Source of the DNA: a bacterium
GTDB lineage: Bacteria > Patescibacteriota > Minisyncoccia > Moranbacterales > UBA2206
Length of the DNA: 59,699 bases
NCBI GenBank assembly: GCA_043725085.1
Contig: JAYSLY010000003.1
Location: 1-59,699, forward strand
Direction of reading: 5' to 3'
Translations under genes and position numbers: made by a program
Shown: positions 47,525 to 54,305 of the stretch, one piece after another
Layout of the letters: the number at the start of each line of letters is the position of its first letter
Position numbering within the stretch: the first letter of the stretch is position 1
Notes under the pieces: model-generated
Database searches by the model: none
Told to the model about the DNA's origin: nothing
What the model saw: the letters and a program-made list of their open reading frames with translations, nothing else

Positions 47525-47614
47525 GGCCACAAATCAACCAAAATGTCAAAATATTCGCAAAAATTTTGCAAGAACCACGCTAATCCCTTAATCAATAAAA
47601 TCATGGTTCCGATT

Positions 47615-49453
47615 TTATTCCACCGTCACACTCTTGGCCAAATTTCTTGGCCGGTCCACATCATAGCCCTTTTTGGTTCCCACATAATAGGCAAAAAGAT
47701 GCACTACTGTGGCTGTGAGGAAAGGCGAAAAAGCTTCGAGCGTTTTAGGGATATAGAGCACATCATCCGCCAAAGTTTTGACTTTTTCATTTCCCACCGT
47801 AGCAATCGCGACAATCTTGCCTTTGCGCGCTTTGATTTCTTGTATACCGCTAAATGTTTTTTCATAGACGCTGTCCGTTGGCACAATGAAAAAAGAAGGG
47901 AATTTTTCATCAATAAGCGCGATTGGTCCATGCTTCATCTCTCCCGCCGGATAACCTTCGGCGTGCACATAGGAAATTTCTTTGATTTTCAGCGCGCCTT
48001 CCAAGGCAATGGGAAAACTATACTTTCTTCCGAGATAGAGCCAGTCCGAATAGTGCGCGTACTTTTGCGCAATTTTTTTGATCTTGTTTTTATCCTTCAA
48101 AATTGATTCGATTTTTTCCGGAATTCTTTCCAGTTCTTTGGCAAGCGCTTTTGAGTCAGAAAACGCAAGTCTTCTTTGGCGCCCCAACATCAAAGTCAAA
48201 AGCATCAGGATAGAAAGTTGCGAAGAAAAAGCTTTGGTCGAAGCCACTCCGACTTCCGGACCGGCGTGACAATAGATCCCCGCGTCAGTTTCTCTGGCAA
48301 TCGTGGAGCCGACCGTGTTCACAATTCCCAGCGTCAACGCCCCTTTCAGTTTTGCTTCGCGAATCGCTTCCAAGGTATCAGCCGTTTCTCCCGATTGAGA
48401 AATTGCCAACACGGCCGTGTGCTCATCAATAGTGGTTTTGCGATAACGAAATTCGCTCGCTTGTTCCACTTCCGTTGGTAAATCAGCAAACTCTTCCAAG
48501 AGATATTTTCCCGCGATACCGGCATAACCGGAAGTCCCGCAAGCTACGATCACCAGCCGCTTGATTTTTCTCAAACGCTTTTCCACATCCTGCAGCCCTC
48601 CCAAAATCGCACTGCCACCATCTTTTGTGAACTTTTCCGACCGTCCAAGCAGAGCATTGCGCACAGCTTCCGGTTGCTGATGAATTTCCTTGAGCATAAA
48701 ATGCGGGAAGCCTTGTTTTTTAACCTGCTCGTCCGACAGGTTAATCTCGAAAACTTTTTTGTCTTCTTTATGATTATTTTTTCCATTGAAAATATTAAAA
48801 CCGTCCTCGGTAATTTCCGCGATCTCGCCATCTTCCAAGTAGACAATCTTTTTCGTGTGACTCACAATTGCCGACGCGTCAGAAGCCACAATAAATTCAT
48901 CTTTTCCCACTCCCAAAATCAGCGGGCTGCCTTTTCGCGCGCAAAAAAGTTTTTTTGGTTCTTTGAGCGAGATAACCGCCAAGCCATAAGTTCCTTCCAA
49001 GATTTTTACCGCCTCTCGAAACGCCGCCAAAAATGATTTCTTTTTAGCAATCTCTTCAATCAAATGCGCGATTACTTCCGTGTCTGTCTCGGATGAAAAT
49101 TTATGTCCTTTTTTCACAAGTATTTTTTTCAGCTCCGCGTAGTTTTCAATAATCCCATTGTGCGCCAGCCAAATATTATTTCCACAGTCTGAATGCGGAT
49201 GCGCATTTTTTTCTGACGGCTCGCCATGCGTCGCCCAACGAGTGTGCGCAATCCCCACTTGACCGGCGGCCGACAAATCAAGTTTCTTTTCCAACTCGCT
49301 CACTCGCCCCACCGCGCGCCAAGTTTTGATTTTGTTTTTTTGCACAAGCGATATCCCCGCGCTGTCATAGCCGCGATATTCCAATCTTTTCAGCCCGTCC
49401 AAAAGCACAGGCAACGCATTTCTTTTTCCCACATAACCAACGATTCCACACAT
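47615..49453 (-). CDS. glmS: Glutamine--fructose-6-phosphate aminotransferase
   Basis: MCGIVGYVG N-terminal nucleophile, two SIS domains, and a C-terminal KSVTVE. Confidence 0.97.
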   Translation of the reverse strand: MCGIVGYVGKRNALPVLLDGLKRLEYRGYDSAGISLVQKNKIKTWRAVGRVSELEKKLDLSAAGQVGIAHTRWATHGEPSEKNAHPHSDCGNNIWLAHNGIIENYAELKKILVKKGHKFSSETDTEVIAHLIEEIAKKKSFLAAFREAVKILEGTYGLAVISLKEPKKLFCARKGSPLILGVGKDEFIVASDASAIVSHTKKIVYLEDGEIAEITEDGFNIFNGKNNHKEDKKVFEINLSDEQVKKQGFPHFMLKEIHQQPEAVRNALLGRSEKFTKDGGSAILGGLQDVEKRLRKIKRLVIVACGTSGYAGIAGKYLLEEFADLPTEVEQASEFRYRKTTIDEHTAVLAISQSGETADTLEAIREAKLKGALTLGIVNTVGSTIARETDAGIYCHAGPEVGVASTKAFSSQLSILMLLTLMLGRQRRLAFSDSKALAKELERIPEKIESILKDKNKIKKIAQKYAHYSDWLYLGRKYSFPIALEGALKIKEISYVHAEGYPAGEMKHGPIALIDEKFPSFFIVPTDSVYEKTFSGIQEIKARKGKIVAIATVGNEKVKTLADDVLYIPKTLEAFSPFLTATVVHLFAYYVGTKKGYDVDRPRNLAKSVTVE

Positions 49454-50173
49454 ACGCTTAAGCTTAGATTAGTTAAAGTCTTATCGGGTTAATTATAGCA
49501 CAAATAGAAAAAAGTCTTGCGAGGTAATTTTAAAAAATGTTATATGTTAAATTAACAAACGTACATGTCACATCGCCGAGCGCAAATATTGTTGCGTTAG
49601 ATTCTAGAGGGAAAGTATATTTAAAGTTAAATAATTTACCAAATAATGCCTAGCAGAAATAAAAAAACCAACCCAAAACACACTGCTAAAGTTGGTTGAT
49701 GCAAAAACCACGAAATTTTTTCTTATTACTGTCCATAGTTCCTTTTCACATAAAATAGTCCGCGCATGAAGAGAATAGCTCTATTCAATTGTGGCTTACC
49801 TTACGCCTATCTCGCGTCCACCCACGGCGGATTTGCGAGACTCACCCTAGCCCTAAAAAACCCTTACTATTCGCTCCCAGTATACCTATGTATCTCATCT
49901 TATGCAGCTTTTTTTGGACAAAAAAACGGCTTAGGCGATAACGCCGAAACCGTTTTATTGGTGTTCCTAAGGATTTCTCCTTGGGAAAAGACAAGGAATC
50001 TAGTCTTTTTTGGTTTTTCTCTTGCGAGATTTTTTATTTTTGCTATTTAATTTTTGTTTTTGTTTTTTGCTTGCTTCAGTATTTCGAAGCAATTTTATGG
50101 GGTTTTGTAATTTTTATTCCCCACCAGCTCCAAACCACTATTTGGCGCAGAATTGGCAAGGAATAAATATTAT

Positions 50174-51067
50174 CTAAACTCCCACTATTCTCACTCGAAC
50201 TATTTGATACTTTCCATAATTCTTAACTTTCAACTTTCTGAAATATTCTTGCGGACTGCCAAAATTAGCCGTCTCATAGTTTTTTCGAACAACCTCTCGA
50301 AACCACGGCAATCCCAAATGTTTTCCCACAAACACAATCTGCACAATAGCCAGTGGCAAAACCATGAGCGCAAAAATCACTAACCAAAACATATTCCCCG
50401 CTCCATTTTGCAGCGACCAATTATTTTTTTGTCCCGTAATTTCCTCGCTAATCTTTTTCAAATTCTCATCAATCTTTTGGTCGCCGGTTGAAAGCACGGT
50501 CGGCACAAATTTAGTCGTATCCGGCAAAGCCTTGTCTTTGACTGGAGCAAAATTTTTCTTATCACTTCCCGCACCGGGATGCGCAAGCGATCCAAATTCT
50601 TGCACCGCGATAATTCCCATCGTGCCATTCACTTCTCCCGCTGCCACCGCGACACCAATTTCATTATAATTTGAATTCAAGATATTTTTTCTGTGCGTTG
50701 GACTGTTCATCCACGCCGTCTGCTCGGCTTCGGCGGTAGTAAAATTAATTGCCAAGTTTTCTCCGGCATATTTATAGTCATAACCCTTCAGTTCAAACCA
50801 ATGCCAAGGTGTAATGCCGGCTGGTGAGGTATGCGCGAAGTAATGTTGCGCCACCATATCATTCACTTTCGCCGTTGCCACTTCCGTTAATTTTTCACTC
50901 ACGGCCAATTCCGGCACACCTTCTTTTTGTCTCGCTTCATTCACATACCTAATCACATTGTCAGCATTAATCTCACTCGCCAGCACCGGCGAAACAAAAA
51001 CTAAAGCCAAAATCAGGCTGATCGTTGTTATGGCATATTTATTCAGTTTTTGTGTATTTTGTTTCAT
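50174..51067 (-). CDS. Secreted CAP/SCP-domain protein with a C-terminal membrane anchor
   Basis: I place the start at ATG 51067 (MKQNTQKLNKYAITTISLILALVFVSPVLA). YFAHTSP...AGENLA...AWMNSPTHRKNIL. Confidence 0.8.
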   Translation of the reverse strand: MKQNTQKLNKYAITTISLILALVFVSPVLASEINADNVIRYVNEARQKEGVPELAVSEKLTEVATAKVNDMVAQHYFAHTSPAGITPWHWFELKGYDYKYAGENLAINFTTAEAEQTAWMNSPTHRKNILNSNYNEIGVAVAAGEVNGTMGIIAVQEFGSLAHPGAGSDKKNFAPVKDKALPDTTKFVPTVLSTGDQKIDENLKKISEEITGQKNNWSLQNGAGNMFWLVIFALMVLPLAIVQIVFVGKHLGLPWFREVVRKNYETANFGSPQEYFRKLKVKNYGKYQIVRVRIVGV

Positions 51068-51099
51068 CTTTGCATATTTGCCCCCACTGCTTAGAAAAT

Positions 51100-51132
51100 C
51101 CGGGAAAAAGAAAAAACGGGCTTTCACCCGTT
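51100..51132 (-). terminator. Terminator-like hairpin inside the 5' leader of the CAP-domain gene
   Basis: AACGGG-TGAAAG-CCCGTT followed by TTTTTCTTTTT on the minus strand. It sits between the consensus promoter and ATG 51067. Confidence 0.6.
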
Positions 51133-51165
51133 GTTTTTTCGCATTCCTCAATTCACTGTACTACC

Positions 51166-51194
51166 ATTATAGCAGGTTTTTAGCCCCTTGTCAA
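51166..51194 (-). promoter_or_regulatory. Perfect consensus promoter, TTGACA-17-TATAAT
   Basis: Read on the minus strand. Confidence 0.8.
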
Positions 51195-51227
51195 AGAAAA
51201 CGAGAAAATCGGCACTGATACTTCGGC

Positions 51228-51255
51228 TTGACAAAATATTTTTCCGTGCTAAATT
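51228..51255 (+). promoter_or_regulatory. Promoter TTGACA-16-TAAATT, divergent from the previous one
   Basis: Read on the plus strand. No CDS follows on this strand. Confidence 0.6.
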
Positions 51256-51261
51256 ATAAGT

Positions 51262-51560
51262 AGCTCCTTTCTCCTGTTTACTGTTAGCGGAAGACTTTCC
51301 GCCCTGCCTATTCATTTAGGCAAACGAAAGATTTTTTTCTTTCGCTAACAGCAACAAACAAATTTCGATAGTTTCGGAAAAAAATAATGCATAGATCCTT
51401 ATGCAAAAAATTCCGACTTATCGTCAAAATATCTTACTGGCAAAAACCCTCGGTCTCCAATCAACCCCGTATTCACTTTTTATTTCATCCTCCTTTTTTG
51501 CCACCTTAACCCCGGTAGAGATCCACGAATCTTCGTGAATCTCTCCGGGACTCTTTTTTT
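51262..51560 (+). ncRNA. Candidate orphan non-coding RNA of about 290 nt, unclassified
   Basis: Bounded by the promoter above and a strong terminator at 51511-51560 (about 17 bp plus T7). It contains a compact four-way junction at 51281-51351 and two CCUCC-type tracts. There is no convincing ORF. Confidence 0.4.
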
Positions 51561-51674
51561 ATTAGACAAAGATTACAAAAAAATCCAACTGCCCCTTTTC
51601 GTCATAATAAAAAACTCTCGCCTAAAGAGTTTTCAAAACTATACTTTTTCTATCTTAATTAGGATTCAAAAAAT

Positions 51675-52544
51675 TTACTTCTCCAACCACTCCTTCGCCG
51701 CATCCTGCCAGCTACGCAGATGTGGAAATTTTGTGTTTTTCAAAACCGAACGTGCCGGACGTCTGGCCGGACGCGTGAATGTTGCAGCGGAAACTGGCAA
51801 AACTCTCACGTCTTTCACACCGGCTAATTTGAGAAGTTTCGAAAGTGCCGAATACCACGTCTCCGCGCCTTCATTGACCAAGTGATATGTCCCAAATGGA
51901 AAACGCTTTTCCACAAGTTTTTTGGTTGCCCTGGCCAAGTCCGGCGCATAGGTGAAACAAGACACCTCTTCGTCCACGGCTTTAAGCGTAGCGTTTTTCT
52001 TGGCCAGCTCAAGCATTACCGCAAAAAAACTTTTTTTCGCTCCCTCCGATTTTGCCGGCGCACCGAATAATTTCGAGATACGGATCAGATAATGTTTGGG
52101 AAGATTTTCGCGCACATTTTTCTCACCCATTAGCTTCGTCTCGCCATAGCGCGAAATTGGCCCCGTTGCATCCAACTCGAGATACTCTTTTTTTGCTCCG
52201 TCAAAAACATAGTCCGAAACATAATGCACCAAAATCGCTCCAGATTTTTTTGCTGCCAGTGCTAGATATTTCGGCCCGTCGCCGTTGATTCTTTTGGCCT
52301 TTACATAAACTTCTGCGTCTTCTTCAATCTGATCCACCGCATTGTGCGCCGCCGCGTTGATAATCAGATAGGGATTTTCTGTGGTAATTTTTTTCTTCAC
52401 CACTTTTTCATCGGTGATGTCAATTTCATCTCTATCCCATGCCAAAACGGAATATTTCGCGCTTTTTTTGAAAGTTTCCACCAGCGCTTGCCCAAGCATC
52501 CCGCGCGCCCCGATGATAATGACTTTTGGTTTTTTATTTTCCAT
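51675..52544 (-). CDS. rfbD: dTDP-4-dehydrorhamnose reductase
   Basis: VIIIGARGMLGQAL Rossmann motif and RmlD-like length. The start at ATG 52544 overlaps the rfbB end by 11 nt. Confidence 0.85.
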   Translation of the reverse strand: MENKKPKVIIIGARGMLGQALVETFKKSAKYSVLAWDRDEIDITDEKVVKKKITTENPYLIINAAAHNAVDQIEEDAEVYVKAKRINGDGPKYLALAAKKSGAILVHYVSDYVFDGAKKEYLELDATGPISRYGETKLMGEKNVRENLPKHYLIRISKLFGAPAKSEGAKKSFFAVMLELAKKNATLKAVDEEVSCFTYAPDLARATKKLVEKRFPFGTYHLVNEGAETWYSALSKLLKLAGVKDVRVLPVSAATFTRPARRPARSVLKNTKFPHLRSWQDAAKEWLEK

Positions 52545-53541
52545 ATTGCTTTTTATAGTAATCCTGATACTCCCCGCTTTTAATTTTCTTCCACCAGCTT
52601 TCATTATTCCGAAACCATTCGATTGTTTCTTTCAAGCCTTCTTCGAAAGTTACGGCCGGCTCCCAGCCCAATTCGTTTTTGATTTTTGTCGCATCAATGG
52701 CATAGCGGTGATCATGCCCGGGGCGATCTTTGACATATTCAATCATTTCTTCGCCTTTGCCTAAAAATTCCAAAATTTTGTCTGTTGCTTCGCGATTGCT
52801 CTTTTCACTGTTTCCTCCCACGCAATATGTTTCGCCAATCTTTCCGTTTCTGATAATCGCGTCAATCGCACTGCAATGATCTTTGACATAGAGCCAATCG
52901 CGCACACTCAGGCCATCACCATAGAGCGGAATTTTTTTGCCCTCCAAAAGATTAGTGATGAACAGCGGAAACAATTTTTCCGGAAAATGAAACGGACCAT
53001 AGTTGTTGGAACAATTGGAAATTGTGATTGGCAATCCGTAGGTGTGAAAATAGGCGCGGACCATTTGATCCGCGGCTGCTTTTGAAGCGGAATAGGGACT
53101 GCGCGGGTCGTACGCAGTTTTTTCATTGAAAGCCGGATCGGTTTTTCCAAGCGACCCGAAAACTTCATCCGTCGAAACATGATGAAAACGCGTTTTGTTT
53201 TTGAGCGCTGCGCGCAAAAGATTGTGCGTGCCGATAATATTGGTCTTGAGAAATATATCCGGTTCCAAAATCGAACGGTCAACGTGACTTTCCGCCGCAA
53301 AATGCACAACCAAATCAAATTGTTCTTGGTCAAAAAGTTCCGCCACCAATTTTTCATCGGCAATGTCGCCTTTGACAAATTTATAGTTGGCTAAATTTTC
53401 CACCTCGCGCAAATTGTCCAAATTACCGGCATACGTCAGGGCGTCCAAATTGACGATGACATCAGTCGGATATTTCTTCGTCCAATAGTGAATAAAATTA
53501 GAGCCGATAAACCCCGCTCCGCCGGTGATGAGAAGTTTCAT
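52534..53541 (-). CDS. rfbB: dTDP-glucose 4,6-dehydratase
   Basis: MKLLITGGAGFIGSNF, HVSTDEVFG, and YSASKAAADQMVRAY. Confidence 0.93.
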   Translation of the reverse strand: MKLLITGGAGFIGSNFIHYWTKKYPTDVIVNLDALTYAGNLDNLREVENLANYKFVKGDIADEKLVAELFDQEQFDLVVHFAAESHVDRSILEPDIFLKTNIIGTHNLLRAALKNKTRFHHVSTDEVFGSLGKTDPAFNEKTAYDPRSPYSASKAAADQMVRAYFHTYGLPITISNCSNNYGPFHFPEKLFPLFITNLLEGKKIPLYGDGLSVRDWLYVKDHCSAIDAIIRNGKIGETYCVGGNSEKSNREATDKILEFLGKGEEMIEYVKDRPGHDHRYAIDATKIKNELGWEPAVTFEEGLKETIEWFRNNESWWKKIKSGEYQDYYKKQYGK

Positions 53542-53572
53542 ATTATTATTACTTTTAATCCTTTGTTGTTTT

Positions 53573-54127
53573 TCAAAACGGATTATCTGTCAAAAACTCT
53601 TTCCAAATTGGAAGCTTTTGGTCTTTTTCCGACAAGATTGGATTTTCAATCATCCACGCGATATTCAAAGCCGGATCGTTCCAGATGATTCCGCTTTCAT
53701 TTTCAGCGTTATAATAATCATCTACTTTATAGAGAAAATGCGTATCATCTTTCAAGACACAAAAGCCATGCGCTATACCACGCGGAACGAAAAGCATTTT
53801 GAAATTTTCTTCCGAAAGCTCAAAACTTTCCCATTGGCCAAAAGTCGGACTGTCTTTGCGCAAATCCACAACAACATCCAAAAGTTTCCCTTTGACGACA
53901 CGCACCAATTTCGCTTGGGAAAAAGGCGGACGCTGGAAATGCAGCCCGCGAAGCACGCCTTTTTGGGGGGAGAAAGAATGATTGTCTTGGACAAATTTCG
54001 CATCGATTCCCGCCGCCAAAAATTCTTCTTCGCGATAGGTTTCCAAAAAGAATCCGCGATGATCGCCAATCACTTTCGGCTCAATCAAAAACACTCCTTC
54101 AATTTTTGTTTTTTTGAATTTGAGCAT
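53573..54127 (-). CDS. rfbC: dTDP-4-dehydrorhamnose 3,5-epimerase
   Basis: IEGVFLIEPKVIGDHRGFF and RGLHFQ. ATG 54127 is preferred, because the alternative ATG 54142 lies inside the MITE terminus. Confidence 0.9.
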   Translation of the reverse strand: MLKFKKTKIEGVFLIEPKVIGDHRGFFLETYREEEFLAAGIDAKFVQDNHSFSPQKGVLRGLHFQRPPFSQAKLVRVVKGKLLDVVVDLRKDSPTFGQWESFELSEENFKMLFVPRGIAHGFCVLKDDTHFLYKVDDYYNAENESGIIWNDPALNIAWMIENPILSEKDQKLPIWKEFLTDNPF

Positions 54128-54137
54128 AAGCGTAAGT

Positions 54138-54285
54138 GTCATTCCCGCGGAGGCGGGAATCCAGGTTCCACTAGTTATAAATTACAAACAATCGGATTAT
54201 AAATCCCCTAACTTCTTATTAGCAACCAGTAAGTTTCGCTTTTCTTTTTCTTTGATGCCTGGATCCCCGACTACTCGGGGATGAC
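54138..54285. mobile_element. MITE-like element, copy 3, between ileS and rfbC
   Basis: GTCATTCCCGCGGAGGCGGGAATCCAGG ... CCTGGATCCCCGACTACTCGGGGATGAC. The interior is collinear with copy 2. Confidence 0.8.
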
Positions 54286-54305
54286 ACAGAATTTAGGTAA
54301 GCAAC

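Noticed and set aside
49454-49700. A glmS ribozyme in the glmS 5' region
   Set aside because: An extended -10 promoter (TGCTATAAT) sits about 45 nt from the ATG, leaving too short a leader. I could not find the conserved ribozyme core strings (AGCGCC...GGCGCC, GACGAGG) upstream.
50095-50145. A tmRNA 3' end, because of TTCCCCACCAGCTCCAAACCAC resembling ...CCCGCCAGCUCCACCA
   Set aside because: There is no T-arm with a 7-nt loop, no matching 5' GGGG acceptor strand, and no tag reading frame nearby.
51281-51351. A tRNA gene (a 71-nt cloverleaf-shaped four-way junction)
   Set aside because: There is no GTTCRANYC T-loop. The D-loop has only 4 nt, the anticodon-position loop has 6 nt, and the T-position stem has 7 bp with a U6 loop. 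No discriminator or CCA context is present. I kept it as part of an unclassified ncRNA candidate instead.
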